Assembly (NCBI GenBank): GCA_030691545.1
Contig: JAUYEE010000115.1
Span: 3,949-67,948, forward strand
Reading direction: 5' to 3'
Source: a bacterium
GTDB taxonomy: Bacteria; Auribacterota; JABMQX01
DNA: 64,000 nucleotides
Shown: positions 1-10,660 of the stretch, piece by piece
Position numbering within the stretch: position 1 is the first letter of the stretch
Layout: the number at the start of each line of letters is the position of its first letter
The notes under the pieces: generated by a model
Told to the model about the DNA's origin: nothing
What the model saw: only the letters and a program-made list of their open reading frames with translations
Database searches by the model: none
Program-made: the position numbers and the translations under genes

Positions 1-2574
1 CTGCAGCTTCGCGGAAATGACCGTGGCGTTCTGAGGAATGGCGGAAAGATTGAATTTCATGAGTATCGCGTTCGCGGCACTGTTGGCGGGCCACGTGTAC
101 GTGTTAAGCGCCGTGTCCTCCGCAGCGTAGTTCGCGGCATCTATGTTGATATAGGTGTCCTCGACGGTGCCCGGGTGGTCGGATGCCGAACCGTCGCCCC
201 ATTCTTCGGTTACCGCGCCTTCGGACTGAGTCTTGAAGGAATAGGCGACCTCGGCCATAACGTTCGGCGGATTGTGCAGGTCGCGGGCATTCACAGTCAC
301 GGTCACAACGCTATCGTACCCAAAGGGTGAAGGAGGATCGCATGTGACGGCATAGTCCGAAGGGGCGCCCGTGATCTGCGGCGTCACGGTCACACCGTTG
401 ACTTTCACTTGGATCGAGGCAATATCAACACCGTCTCCGGAGTCCAGGACATGGAAAACGACGTTGGAGTCAACGAGCACATTCTGTTCGTCCGCGCCTG
501 GGGATTGTCCCGTGACCGTGGGTGCAGCAATGTCGCCCAACTCGGTCTTGAACGAATAGGACACCTGGCTCATCACGTTCGGCGGAGTGTGGAGGTCGCG
601 GGCATTGACCGTGACGGTCACGGTTGCGTTGTAGGCAAAAGGCGAGGCCGGGGCATACGTAACCGTATAGTCCGAGGATGTGCCTGTAATCTGAGGCGTG
701 ACAGCCGCCCCGTTCACGGTCAAGGCAATTGATGCTTTCTCAACTCCATCTCCGGAATCCTGGACGTGCAGGACCACGCTGGTGTTCACAGGCACGTTCT
801 GCGCGTTAGGTGCAGGGGATTGTCCTGTCACGACAGGTGCAGCAGTGTCTCCCGCAGTGGTTTTGAACGAATAAGACACCAGGCTCATCACGTTCGGCGG
901 AGTATGGAGGTCACGGGCATTGACCGTGACGGTCACGGTTGCGTTGTAGGCAAAAGGCGAGGCCGGGGCATACGTAACCGTATAGTCCGAAGATGTGCCT
1001 GTAATCTGAGGCGTGACAGCCGCCCCGTTCACGGTCATCGCAATGGATGTTCTCTCAACTCCATCTCCGGAATCCTGGACGTGTAGAACCACGCTGGAAT
1101 TCACAGGCACGTTTTGCGCGTTAGGCGCGGGAGACTGTCCCGTGACGAAGGGTGGAGCAGTGTCTCCCGCAACGGTCTTAAACGAATAAGCCACCTCAGT
1201 CATGACGTTCGGCGGGCTGTGGAGGTCGCGGGCATTCACCGCCACGGTGACGGTGCTGTTGTATGCAAATGGCGACGCCGGCGTGTAGGTAACCGTATAG
1301 TCCGAGGGTGTGCCGGTGATCTGCGGCGTTACAGCGGCGCCATTTACCTTCACCGCGATGGAAGAGACATCAACTCCATCGCCGGAGTCCTGGACATGAA
1401 GCACGACGTTCGAGTTCACGGGGACATTCTGCGCGTCCGGTGCGGGAGATTGCCCACTCACGAAGGGCGGGGTCAAATCGGCTATTGGAGCCTCGCCGAA
1501 CATTATAGGATAGCCTTGGGTGTTGACGTTGCCGTTGGCGTCAATGACGTAGAGGTATGCCGTCTTGCCATTCTCGAAGCTCCCCTGGTTCGCCGTCACA
1601 GTAATGGACGTGTCGGACCATGCCGTCGGTATCTGAATTTCACGGTGTGTGCATTGCTCCCAAGTTGACTTATCGCCGATTTCAACTCTTGCTTGAGTTG
1701 TGTCCAAGTAAACATCATCCAATTCGACGTAACCCGCACTGCCATATCTTATCCAATACCCCAATGCGATATAGGTTGGGTAGCCATAGTCCCCCCATTG
1801 CGCACCTATTCCATTTGGAAAGGCACCTGGCGATGTATAGTTTTTTAGTTGTACGGCATTTTCCCAGAACTTGAATCGCTGTCCTGGGTCATCTCCCATT
1901 CTGTACCAGAATTCCTTGCGACTCCAAATATAATTCTGATAACTCCCACAATCCCAGTCTATGCCTGATAGAGTTAGATTGGGACAAAAATGCGCTTTCA
2001 GGTTCCCCTGTCCAGGTGACCAATTGGCATCGAAATCCATTCCCGGACGTTCGCCACTATCCGTATCAGTCCGAATTTGTTTGTAGTTTTGTGGGTCGCC
2101 CACGGCGGTTATGTTTAACCTGACCCAGTAACTGACGTATGCTTCTCGCCAGTCAGGTTCCCGCCAAAGCCGCATCGAACACTCTTGGATGGGGTCATTG
2201 AAATTGTGGTAAGATGAAAGCAAGGAACCTGTCCGTTGATTCAGCGTTGTATATCGTGGTTGCCATGACGCCTGACCGCCACCCGTATTATCGGGACTAC
2301 AATCCCACCCATTTTCAATCTTGTTGCCATTGGCGCCATTGTCGAAGTTATCGAATTTCGCCGCGAGGGTGCTCGCATCGCCTGGTGAATTATCCCCATG
2401 TGTGCCAAAATTCGACCCCATAATGGACACAGACCCCTTGTGTCGCCACGCCCCGCTGGTTGACTGGATTGTGGGAGCCGCCAAGGCGGCGTCCGCCAAT
2501 AGTGAGAACGCAACGTGCAAAATTGCCCCGTACCAAATCGTCTTCCTCATACGACTGTGCCTCATTTTGTCCAT
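1..2574 (-). CDS. Large secreted modular protein (3' end outside window): signal peptide, beta-sandwich/lyase-like domain, four ~105-aa Ig-like repeats, DNRLRE-type domain
   Basis: Not in the ORF track. Manual translation from ATG at 2574 reads MDKMRHSRMRKTIWYGAILHVAFSLLADAALAAPTIQ...DDVYLDTTQARVEIGDKSTWEQCTHREIQIPTAWSDTSITV..., and the same frame at the left edge reads EDTYINIDAANY...ILMKFNLSAIPQNATVISAKLQ. Confidence 0.9.
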   Translation of the reverse strand, partial: MDKMRHSRMRKTIWYGAILHVAFSLLADAALAAPTIQSTSGAWRHKGSVSIMGSNFGTHGDNSPGDASTLAAKFDNFDNGANGNKIENGWDCSPDNTGGGQASWQPRYTTLNQRTGSLLSSYHNFNDPIQECSMRLWREPDWREAYVSYWVRLNITAVGDPQNYKQIRTDTDSGERPGMDFDANWSPGQGNLKAHFCPNLTLSGIDWDCGSYQNYIWSRKEFWYRMGDDPGQRFKFWENAVQLKNYTSPGAFPNGIGAQWGDYGYPTYIALGYWIRYGSAGYVELDDVYLDTTQARVEIGDKSTWEQCTHREIQIPTAWSDTSITVTANQGSFENGKTAYLYVIDANGNVNTQGYPIMFGEAPIADLTPPFVSGQSPAPDAQNVPVNSNVVLHVQDSGDGVDVSSIAVKVNGAAVTPQITGTPSDYTVTYTPASPFAYNSTVTVAVNARDLHSPPNVMTEVAYSFKTVAGDTAPPFVTGQSPAPNAQNVPVNSSVVLHVQDSGDGVERTSIAMTVNGAAVTPQITGTSSDYTVTYAPASPFAYNATVTVTVNARDLHTPPNVMSLVSYSFKTTAGDTAAPVVTGQSPAPNAQNVPVNTSVVLHVQDSGDGVEKASIALTVNGAAVTPQITGTSSDYTVTYAPASPFAYNATVTVTVNARDLHTPPNVMSQVSYSFKTELGDIAAPTVTGQSPGADEQNVLVDSNVVFHVLDSGDGVDIASIQVKVNGVTVTPQITGAPSDYAVTCDPPSPFGYDSVVTVTVNARDLHNPPNVMAEVAYSFKTQSEGAVTEEWGDGSASDHPGTVEDTYINIDAANYAAEDTALNTYTWPANSAANAILMKFNLSAIPQNATVISAKLQ
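226..1485 (-). repeat. Four tandem 315-nt coding repeats (Ig-like domains)
   Basis: GGCATT(G/C)AC recurs at 286, 601, 916 and 1231; 601-720 and 916-1035 are nearly identical. Confidence 0.9.
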
Positions 2575-2676
2575 CTCTTTGATGTTGTTCGTAAGGCGGA
2601 ATTTGAAGGAGATTCTTTTATCTCCGAGCGAGAGTGTCCGGTAACGCCTTTGTCCGGTGACTCGGTGTGCTGGAAG

Positions 2677-2692
2677 TGCAAATTCTATGCCA
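2677..2692 (-). promoter_or_regulatory. Putative sigma-54 (-24/-12) promoter
   Basis: Minus strand TGGCAT-AGAAT-TTGCA (GG-N10-GC), about 100 bp upstream of the ATG at 2574. Confidence 0.6.
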
Positions 2693-2833
2693 CCCGCGGA
2701 GGTCACAATCCGCGAATCATGGCAGCCAGTTCGGTGAAGCTCAGACACCAGCAGTGTCCGCCTTGCTTCGCCGGAGCCATGTTCAGGCAAGTCGGTTACG
2801 GCCATCCTTTCAGCCTGAGCGGCTGCCGTTGCC

Positions 2834-4672
2834 TCACCGCAGCATGAGGTCCATTGCGTACATCCTCAGGAGTTGGTCAGCCAGGCATTCAGGGGTGGCT
2901 TTCGTTCTGAAATTCACAACATCAGCGATACATTTTTGAATGGCTGTCTTATCCACTAACTCAAGGCCGACGTCGTCCAGCAAACGATTCAACGCAACGC
3001 CGTCGCGGAGGTGGGCGAAATTCATCCAGTCTGTGTGCGGAGTGTTCGCTCGGCCCCCGGACCTCAAGAAGGCTTTGGACCTTACACGCTCAATGCCCCA
3101 CCGCAGAAGACGACTCGCTTCTTGAACGGCGATCGGGAAACTCGCTGGTACGAGGACGGCGGCTGTCGGGTGCCTCAGCAATCGCGGCGCGAAGGTCTTG
3201 AGCAATCTCCGATTCAGCTTGTTGTGAATCTTGTCCCTCATGGGGAGCTGGCTGGCAAGCATCATGAAGTCCCTGTCGGCGAACGGAATGGCGATATCCA
3301 CCATGGTGCGGGAGGTGCATATCTGCCCTCCCCACCATTGGGCGGCGGTGTGCTCAGACACATACGCCTCCAGAAGCTGATCGGCTGTCGAAATTCCACG
3401 CCTTTCATAGCGCTTCAGTTCGGCATCAATATCGCTCTCGATAGCCTCACTCAAATTACCGGCGGCACGCCAGAAATCTTCCCTTATGTACCACGGCTTC
3501 CTCTCGAAGCCGCGCTTTATGGCCCCCACCACCTTGCCAAGATCCACCCCATAGGATGACCCATCAATCGCCGTCGGAAGGACAAGGCTCGATGCAAGAT
3601 ACTTCATCTTCCCCCATGCACTCTCTGCCGAGCCCACGCCGAAATGTCCGCCAAACACCTCCCCCAGTACACCCGCAGACACACAGGTAACTCCTTCTGC
3701 GGCAAGACGTCTGGCGGCCCGATACCAGTAAGGATATACTGTCGTCTCGCAACGCTGGAATATCGCTTTGAGCTCCTCGAGATCAGTCAAATGGTCCTCA
3801 ATCGGTAGCCTCACGTGTGTGACGCCGATGGAACGGCAAATTGCCTCGGTGAGGCTCAGCTCGCGGCTCCTCAGGTCACCGTGAGTGAAGCACGCGATCC
3901 GGCCTCGGGAGACAACATCAAGAAGTCCGGCCAGAACAGTTCGCGAGTCCCAACCAGCAGAGAACATGAGACCTTGAGCCTCCTCCCGATGGAAACACCG
4001 AAGGCAGGCTTCTCTAAACGTGCGCCAGACTTCCTTAATGTCCAATTTGCAGGCTCGGGCGCCAACCGTGCGGCTCCAGTAACGGCTTTTCTCCCGGAAT
4101 GAGGCCGAGCCATCCCTCAAAGAATAAACAAGCACCTGGCCCGGGAGAAGCCTATGGATGTTCCAAAAGGGTGTCCGATCGCCGATGAAGTACTCGCTTA
4201 GCATGTATTCGACCACTCCCACGTAGTCGGGAGGACGACAAGTCACCGTGGCGAGCGGCTTGCAGAGGCTGGAGAAGAGAATGCCACCATCCAGTAGAGT
4301 GTAATAAAGTGGAAAGACGCCCGCCCAGTCCGTCGAGAGAAAGAGCCGGGATCCTCCCTCATCCAGAAGGGCAACATTCCCTTTGCACAGAGATGTCGTC
4401 TCGAGGTCCTGGTCTCGCACTCGGAAGAGGCATGGGCCGTTCTGTTCAGCGAATCGCTTGGCATGGCGATAGATGCCGCTCTCTCCATCAACGACGAAGT
4501 GAACGCTCCCCGGGAGTTCGTACAGTGCCGTACGCCCCTGGAAAGCATGCCCCCCCATTGTACCGTTGCGAAATCGTTTCCATTGGCAGGAGCCCAACGA
4601 AGCAGAAAAACGCACCATCAAGGCTTCCTGATACCTGGCGTCGCAATTGAATGCGCCAAACAACCCTGGCAT
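2834..4672 (-). CDS. Asparagine synthase-like amide ligase
   Basis: Ntn-like N-domain (TDWAGVFPLYY, RLLPGQVL), PP-loop variant FSAGWDSR, PFADRDF motif; starts MPG rather than MCG. Confidence 0.8.
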   Translation of the reverse strand: MPGLFGAFNCDARYQEALMVRFSASLGSCQWKRFRNGTMGGHAFQGRTALYELPGSVHFVVDGESGIYRHAKRFAEQNGPCLFRVRDQDLETTSLCKGNVALLDEGGSRLFLSTDWAGVFPLYYTLLDGGILFSSLCKPLATVTCRPPDYVGVVEYMLSEYFIGDRTPFWNIHRLLPGQVLVYSLRDGSASFREKSRYWSRTVGARACKLDIKEVWRTFREACLRCFHREEAQGLMFSAGWDSRTVLAGLLDVVSRGRIACFTHGDLRSRELSLTEAICRSIGVTHVRLPIEDHLTDLEELKAIFQRCETTVYPYWYRAARRLAAEGVTCVSAGVLGEVFGGHFGVGSAESAWGKMKYLASSLVLPTAIDGSSYGVDLGKVVGAIKRGFERKPWYIREDFWRAAGNLSEAIESDIDAELKRYERRGISTADQLLEAYVSEHTAAQWWGGQICTSRTMVDIAIPFADRDFMMLASQLPMRDKIHNKLNRRLLKTFAPRLLRHPTAAVLVPASFPIAVQEASRLLRWGIERVRSKAFLRSGGRANTPHTDWMNFAHLRDGVALNRLLDDVGLELVDKTAIQKCIADVVNFRTKATPECLADQLLRMYAMDLMLR

Positions 4673-4737
4673 GGAACTCCCTCCATAATTCCCGAGTCAC
4701 ACGGGTCTACTTGAGGCAGACGCTCATCTCCGCACGT

Positions 4738-5727
4738 CTACGCACGCCAAAGCACGGCCGTAAGGTCTCTAAACCGTGACGTCCACTCAACCTGTAGTCT
4801 CTTCCGGAGCTGCTGGCTCTTCAAAAGGAGAGCCCGCCTGTTGCCGATTGCGGAACGGATCGCCTGTGCAAGATCCTCGCCATTGTTTCGGGTGTAAATG
4901 GGACCATCCCGGAAATATTCCCGAACACATCCTGTGTCCGAAAGAATCAGGGGTTTGCCGAGACTCACGGCTTCATACGCCCCGCAGAGAAGCAAATGCT
5001 CGTCTCGGGTGAGAGCTATTATGGCGTCAGACGCCCCCAGGAGCGATTGATAATCTCTCTCGGGCAAAAACCCGGTGAAGACGACATTTTCAGGAACCCC
5101 ATCCTTGACCCGGCTGAGGTAATCCCGAGGATTCCCCGTCACGTGCATTACGATGGACTTGTCAAGAGAACGAGCCGCATCCAGAACTTCGTCCACTGGT
5201 TCGTCGTCGGAGAAAGAGCAGATGTACGTGATATTGTGTCTTCCGGCGAGGCGAGGCGGCTTGGATTGCCTGAACGGAAGCTCCGGAAGCCTGTCCTGCA
5301 AAACGAATCCTCGCCCGCCCCATTTCTGCACGATGCCTTTGAGAAACTCGTTGGTGACGATAGTCAAGTCTGCTTTCCGGACAGTATAGCGGCTGAGGTA
5401 ATGGAATACCCTGTACCTCAGCTTCGGCGAATCCTGAGTCTCGAACTTGAAGTTTGAATGCCTGTCAACGATGACCTTGTAGCCGAGAAACGGTTTCAAG
5501 AAGCAGAGCAACGCGCTGAGAACCATGGAAGGGTTCTGCGCTATGACCCGACGGGGCCGGATATGCAAGAGCACCGCGACAGTTTTCAAGGAAACGACGA
5601 GAACCTTGGCAACATAACTTCCATCGTACAAAAGGGTGAAGAGCGGAGCCCCAAGCGCGTTAGAAAGCTCTTTGGTTCTCCTGTGGTTCTCCCAGGTTAT
5701 CCAGATCATTTCCTTCGGAGGGTACAT
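4738..5727 (-). CDS. Glycosyltransferase, GT4-like
   Basis: WITWENHRRT; GAYEAVSLGKPLILSD; the ATG at 5727 overlaps the upstream stop. Confidence 0.85.
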   Translation of the reverse strand: MYPPKEMIWITWENHRRTKELSNALGAPLFTLLYDGSYVAKVLVVSLKTVAVLLHIRPRRVIAQNPSMVLSALLCFLKPFLGYKVIVDRHSNFKFETQDSPKLRYRVFHYLSRYTVRKADLTIVTNEFLKGIVQKWGGRGFVLQDRLPELPFRQSKPPRLAGRHNITYICSFSDDEPVDEVLDAARSLDKSIVMHVTGNPRDYLSRVKDGVPENVVFTGFLPERDYQSLLGASDAIIALTRDEHLLLCGAYEAVSLGKPLILSDTGCVREYFRDGPIYTRNNGEDLAQAIRSAIGNRRALLLKSQQLRKRLQVEWTSRFRDLTAVLWRA

Positions 5728-7169
5728 CAACGCTCTCCGGATTGACTGCTGTCCCAGTTTGTGAACTCTTCCTGCGACGTGTGTCCTCTCCACGCGCCAG
5801 CCAGGGAAGGGTGCGCCTCGAAACAACTGAACTTACCCGGGAATAGATCAATCCGTGGAACATGCTTGGTTTCCAGTCTCACTCGATGCCCGAGCGAAGG
5901 AGCGAGGTCTCGCGCCACAAGAAGGTCAGTCTTCCGCCTATCGTCTTCGTTGGGGACGACGAGGTACAAGGTGATTCGGTCCAAACGCTCCTGGACAGCC
6001 TTGAACTGCCTGATGCCTATTCCCATTCCTGCGAGGCGCTCCAAGAAATAGTCGAAGATGACCGAGTGGACTCTCTTGCCGTCCGGAGTCATTATGACCT
6101 GGTCGGAGGTTCGACCGCAGATACTGGAGAGAACCGGCAACCCTCGCCCGCACTCGCACGGGTTGGGTGCGATGACGCCGATGTCGCCAAGCTTGTACCG
6201 TATGAGCGGCATCAGGCGGTTGTTGAGGTCAGTTACAACTACCTCGCCCGCACCCAAGTCGTTCCCTTTGACAACCTCCAGCAGAACATTCTCCGCAACG
6301 ATGTGCTTCTGACCACGTTCGCAATCAAAGGCCAATATGTCAATCTCGCTGCATCCGTACTCGTCCACTATGGGACAATCGAAAACTTCCGCCAGAAACC
6401 GTTTCTGGAATCCGTGAAGCTTCTCTGCGGTGCAGATTACAGCCTTCACATGGAGCGCATTCCGCGGCAACGAGTCTTCCTTGAGGTGTTCAGATAGCGC
6501 CAGCACCAGACTTGGATATGCGTAAACGTAATCCGGGCTGCAGGCCAGAAGTCCTTGCACCTGCCGGCGAAGGCTGCTTGCGTCCATCATGTTACTCGCG
6601 TTTATCGTCCGCCTGCCCAGCGTAAGGTCACGCAACGACTCAAGCCTGCGCCCTTTTTGGTCAAGCGCCCGGCCCCAGAGGCGCGCCTGCCTGTCGCCAA
6701 TCCTGATACCATGCCATTGCTCGCAGCGGTATCTGGCGGCTATGGACCACGCGTATGCGTCTCGGTCAACGAGTACCGTGACGGGGTGTCCCGTGGTACC
6801 GGAGGTCTTCCTGACGGCGAAGGGCCGGCCGCCGCTGCTCGATAGAAACGCAGATAGCGGGCGGTCAACTATGTCCTCTTTGCTGAGAATCGGAAGCCGT
6901 TTGACGTCGTCCAGCGTCCGAATGTCCTGGGCCGTTATCCCGGAACGAGCGAAGACCTCCCGATAATAGGGAACGGTTTCCGAAGCGTGTTTTACGAGTT
7001 TCCTGAGCCTAGCAAGCTGGAGTTCCTCCAACCTTTCTCTTGGCCAAAACTGACTCTCTTGGAGGAACGCCAGGTGTTCGAGGACCTTCAGATTCCGCAA
7101 GCGAAAGAAAAGCGGCAACAAGACACTGTGGGGTCTGAAACGGCGTTTTCTGTCATTGGCAGGTCGCAT
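5727..7169 (-). CDS. Phenylacetate-CoA ligase family (CapK-like) adenylating enzyme
   Basis: KTSGTTGHP, DEYGCSE, MPLIRYKLGD, CECGRGLP. Confidence 0.9.
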   Translation of the reverse strand: MRPANDRKRRFRPHSVLLPLFFRLRNLKVLEHLAFLQESQFWPRERLEELQLARLRKLVKHASETVPYYREVFARSGITAQDIRTLDDVKRLPILSKEDIVDRPLSAFLSSSGGRPFAVRKTSGTTGHPVTVLVDRDAYAWSIAARYRCEQWHGIRIGDRQARLWGRALDQKGRRLESLRDLTLGRRTINASNMMDASSLRRQVQGLLACSPDYVYAYPSLVLALSEHLKEDSLPRNALHVKAVICTAEKLHGFQKRFLAEVFDCPIVDEYGCSEIDILAFDCERGQKHIVAENVLLEVVKGNDLGAGEVVVTDLNNRLMPLIRYKLGDIGVIAPNPCECGRGLPVLSSICGRTSDQVIMTPDGKRVHSVIFDYFLERLAGMGIGIRQFKAVQERLDRITLYLVVPNEDDRRKTDLLVARDLAPSLGHRVRLETKHVPRIDLFPGKFSCFEAHPSLAGAWRGHTSQEEFTNWDSSQSGER

Positions 7170-8313
7170 CCAACGATCTCCTCGCTGTATCCAGCACCGA
7201 ACCGTAGACCTTCACATATTTCTGCGCCATATCCGTAATCATGAAGCGGGAGGTAACATCAGCGAACGCCCGTCTGACAAGGCGTTCCCGCAACTCCGAA
7301 TCATCATGCAAACGCCGCATGGCGTTAGCAAGTTCTTGATGATTTGCCGGCGCCACCAAGAGCGCGTTCACCTCGTCCCTTAAAATCTCCCGCAAGCCGC
7401 CGACCGCCGAAGCAATGACCGGGATTCTCAGATACATCGCCTCCAGGAGCGTGTAGGGCAGGCCTTCGTGCAAGGACGGCATCACAAGAACATCGAGGCC
7501 GCGCATTAGCTCGTGGATGTCTTCGTGGAATCCCCAGAATCTCACTTTCGGCTCAAGGCGGTGAGTGAGGCAGAATTCTCTCAACCGCGCTTCGAGCGGG
7601 CCGTTGCCGAGGATGTGAACCTGCAAATCGTGAAGTCCCGCCAGAGCCTCCACTGCCTTCAAGAGAAAGACGTGTCCCTTGACTTCGTCAACCCGCCCCA
7701 CAATGCCAACATTGAAACGATTCCGGTCGAGGGCATCCGCCTTTCCGGTGCGGCATGAGTCTATCGGCGCGATAGCGTTGTGAATGACTGTCCTCCTTTT
7801 CTTGCGATGGATCAACCGAAATCGCCCCGCGAGGTCATGAGTCACGTACACCACGTGGTTCGTAAGGGCCAGGGTAACCAGTTGGTCGAGGGCTCTGTTG
7901 AAGTAGCTTTTCAGCGCGCTCTTGTTGGGACGCAACGCGGTCTCGACAAGTCCGTGCTCCGTCTTGACGACAACCGCCCCTGCCCGCCTCGCCGCGACAG
8001 CGCACAGGGTGTTCGCCTTATAGCCGTTGGTATGCACAACATCAATCCGGCGTCGTCGGAATATCCTGGCGAGGACGGTCACGACCCGCGGGTCATACTT
8101 GAATCGCGAATGCACCACGTGGGTCTCGATGTCTGCGTCCTCGAGCCTCTTGCTCAACTTTCCGCGGTGAAAAAGGATGACGATTACACCCGCTTGCTCC
8201 ATGGCTTGGAGATGCTGAGCGTACAGATAGATGAATTGCTCGACTCCACCATAAAGCTCACCGGCTGAGCAAAGGGCGATACGAAGCTTCCGACCGACCT
8301 TCTCAACGACCAC
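7153..8313 (-). CDS. Glycosyltransferase family 4
   Basis: YGGVE, VGRVDEVKGH, PSLHEGLPYTLLEAM. Confidence 0.92.
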   Translation of the reverse strand: MVVEKVGRKLRIALCSAGELYGGVEQFIYLYAQHLQAMEQAGVIVILFHRGKLSKRLEDADIETHVVHSRFKYDPRVVTVLARIFRRRRIDVVHTNGYKANTLCAVAARRAGAVVVKTEHGLVETALRPNKSALKSYFNRALDQLVTLALTNHVVYVTHDLAGRFRLIHRKKRRTVIHNAIAPIDSCRTGKADALDRNRFNVGIVGRVDEVKGHVFLLKAVEALAGLHDLQVHILGNGPLEARLREFCLTHRLEPKVRFWGFHEDIHELMRGLDVLVMPSLHEGLPYTLLEAMYLRIPVIASAVGGLREILRDEVNALLVAPANHQELANAMRRLHDDSELRERLVRRAFADVTSRFMITDMAQKYVKVYGSVLDTARRSLDATCQ

Positions 8314-8314
8314 T

Positions 8315-9460
8315 CTACCCCGTCCTTGGAGTCCAGAGGGCTTGTTTCTTCTTGCGGATGAATTTTACCCATGCCACAAGACATGCGTAGTTCACCAAAA
8401 CGAAGTAAAAGGGGAAAAACAGTACGGACGGCGCCTTCTTTCGGAATCGAAGCAACGCGGATCCGAGAGCAGCAACACCGTACAGCGCGCATTGGCCGGT
8501 GAAGGCAACGACCCAGAAGCCGCCCCGATGTACCATAAGCCCATTTAGCACAAACAGCAGAATCAGAAGGAACGGGACCGAGTAGCGCAGGAGTTTGTGA
8601 GAGAGCAATTGCAGCGAGAAGAAACCGTGTCGGAAGGGATTGAACATCCGCCTCATACACCACGTGGCATGAAGAGCACGGAGGATTACTCGTACGCGCA
8701 TTCGAAATTCCTCGCGGGTGGACGAGAGCGCGTCCTCCGCCACAATGGCATTAGGTTCGTAAACCACCCGATACCCACGCTCCACCACGGACAGAGGAAG
8801 AACAAAATCCGGCAGCATATCGGGGTCCATCTCGACGTAAAGCTCCCTTCGGATGGCGTCAATCCCCCCATCAACACCGACGATAGAGCCGCATCGAGTC
8901 TCCAGGGCACGCAACAGATTCTCATACTCCATGTAAGCGCCGCAGCTTTCCGCAATCCCGCTGCCATCGGGATTCACATAGCCCATTCTGCCTGTAACAT
9001 ATCCGACGTGCGGGTCTGCGAAATTTGCGGCAAGCCGTTGCAGCGCGCCTTTCCCATACAGGGAATTGGCATCCGAGAACACGATGACCTCTCCCTTCGC
9101 AAGCCCCACAGCCTTGTTGAGAGCAGCGGTCTTGCCCTGACGCGGTTCCTGGCGAACAAGGTGTATGTCCGGATGGTTCAGGGAAGCAACGATTTGGTCT
9201 GTATCGTCAGTGGATGAATCCGAAATCACTATGACCTCTCGCTTGCCAGGAGGATAGTCACATTCGAGCTTGTTCAAGACGGTCTTACCAATCGAACGCT
9301 CCTCATTGTAGGCAGGGATAACAACGGTTATCGTAGGATAGATATCACCTTTCAGGACTTTCTTGGGGCGCAGTGCCCCGATGAACCAAATCATCAATGG
9401 GTAGAAGAGGTACGTGTAGCCCACCAGAAAGACCCCGACCCAAAAGAGGATCACAAGCAT
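8315..9460 (-). CDS. Membrane glycosyltransferase family 2
   Basis: N-terminal TM, VIPAYNEE, FSDAN, RMRVRV, C-terminal TMs; start MLVILFW (9460) preferred over 9640. Confidence 0.9.
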   Translation of the reverse strand: MLVILFWVGVFLVGYTYLFYPLMIWFIGALRPKKVLKGDIYPTITVVIPAYNEERSIGKTVLNKLECDYPPGKREVIVISDSSTDDTDQIVASLNHPDIHLVRQEPRQGKTAALNKAVGLAKGEVIVFSDANSLYGKGALQRLAANFADPHVGYVTGRMGYVNPDGSGIAESCGAYMEYENLLRALETRCGSIVGVDGGIDAIRRELYVEMDPDMLPDFVLPLSVVERGYRVVYEPNAIVAEDALSSTREEFRMRVRVILRALHATWCMRRMFNPFRHGFFSLQLLSHKLLRYSVPFLLILLFVLNGLMVHRGGFWVVAFTGQCALYGVAALGSALLRFRKKAPSVLFFPFYFVLVNYACLVAWVKFIRKKKQALWTPRTG

Positions 9461-9643
9461 CTTCGCGTCCTCACGTGACCTTTCGACTTCGGCTTGCGTG
9501 GCTCGTAGGCGAGCTTGAAGATGAAGGGCATTCGCATAGGCGGAAACCCAGCCCATGGCCGAAGTGCCGGCACGATCCTGAGCAATTTCCTTTGCCTTCC
9601 CAACAAACTCATCGAAGTAGACTCCGTTCCGCACTGACAACCC

Positions 9644-10660
9644 TTAGGCTTCGACGCTTGACGCGAGTTCCTCCGCCCTGCGATTCAGAACGGCACGATA
9701 CGCCATTCGAAGAGGCTGTCTCACTCTCTTGGGGACAAAGCTCATGCAGGCGAGTTTATATGCTGCCAGTTGAATGGGCCGGCGTTTCAGGCTTTCCCAA
9801 ACATTAAACCTCGCCGCGCGCTCGCTTCCATGGTTGAGTTGGTAGTAAGCAAGAGAAAAGTACATTCCGCCGAGCCGGGCAACCAACTCCTGTCTGGTTT
9901 TCGCTGAAAGGGCGGGCGATTTCAAGAATCTCTCTCGGGTGATTATCCGAGCCCGAATGACCTGCTCATTCATCCCGGAAAGATTATCCGAATGAATCCT
10001 GTAGGCGTGCAGAGGAATGTCAACATAACCCAGCGGAAACCGTTCCACGATTCGAAACCACATGTCAATGTCCTCAGAACACCGAACTTCGGGTGACTCG
10101 TCGAACAATCCCACAGAATCGAACACATTTCTTCTAACGACGACGGAGGAAGTCCCTATGAAATTGTCCATGGCAAGGCAGTCGCAAACTCCCTCTGACA
10201 GGACGTGCTCATGCGGCCCGACGCGTGTTTTCGGCCAATTGATGAAGCGCGGGTGGCCGGCGGAGGTGAAGGACCGGGAGATCGTCTTCCCATCGGCGAA
10301 AGTGGAGAAGTCGGTCACGACCATCCCGACCCGGCGATTTTCTTTAAGGAAACGGACCTGCATCTCGATTTTTTCGCGGCTCACCAAATCGTCGGAATCG
10401 AGGAACGCAATGTATTCCCCCGCCGCGCGGCGTATCCCCACGTTCCGCGCGAGAGCTGGACGCCCGGAGTTTGGCTGAAAGATGTACCGGACACGGCCCC
10501 CGTGGCGGGCCACAACCTCCCGCGTGTCGTCAGTGGAGCCGTCGTCCACAACGATGATTTCAAGGTCCTTCCACGTCTGCGCCAACGTACTCTCAATCGC
10601 CTCAGCCAACAAACGCGAACGATTGTATGTGGGAATTATGACGCTCACGAGCGGAGGCAC
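9644..10660 (-). CDS. Glycosyltransferase family 2
   Basis: VSVIIPTYNR, VVDDGSTD, FLDSDD, SEDIDMW; GTG start at 10660 after AAGGAG. Confidence 0.92.
   Translation of the reverse strand: MPPLVSVIIPTYNRSRLLAEAIESTLAQTWKDLEIIVVDDGSTDDTREVVARHGGRVRYIFQPNSGRPALARNVGIRRAAGEYIAFLDSDDLVSREKIEMQVRFLKENRRVGMVVTDFSTFADGKTISRSFTSAGHPRFINWPKTRVGPHEHVLSEGVCDCLAMDNFIGTSSVVVRRNVFDSVGLFDESPEVRCSEDIDMWFRIVERFPLGYVDIPLHAYRIHSDNLSGMNEQVIRARIITRERFLKSPALSAKTRQELVARLGGMYFSLAYYQLNHGSERAARFNVWESLKRRPIQLAAYKLACMSFVPKRVRQPLRMAYRAVLNRRAEELASSVEA

Noticed and set aside
371-1668. Repetitive plus-strand ORFs in the track
   Set aside because: Reverse-frame readings of the Ig repeats of the minus-strand gene
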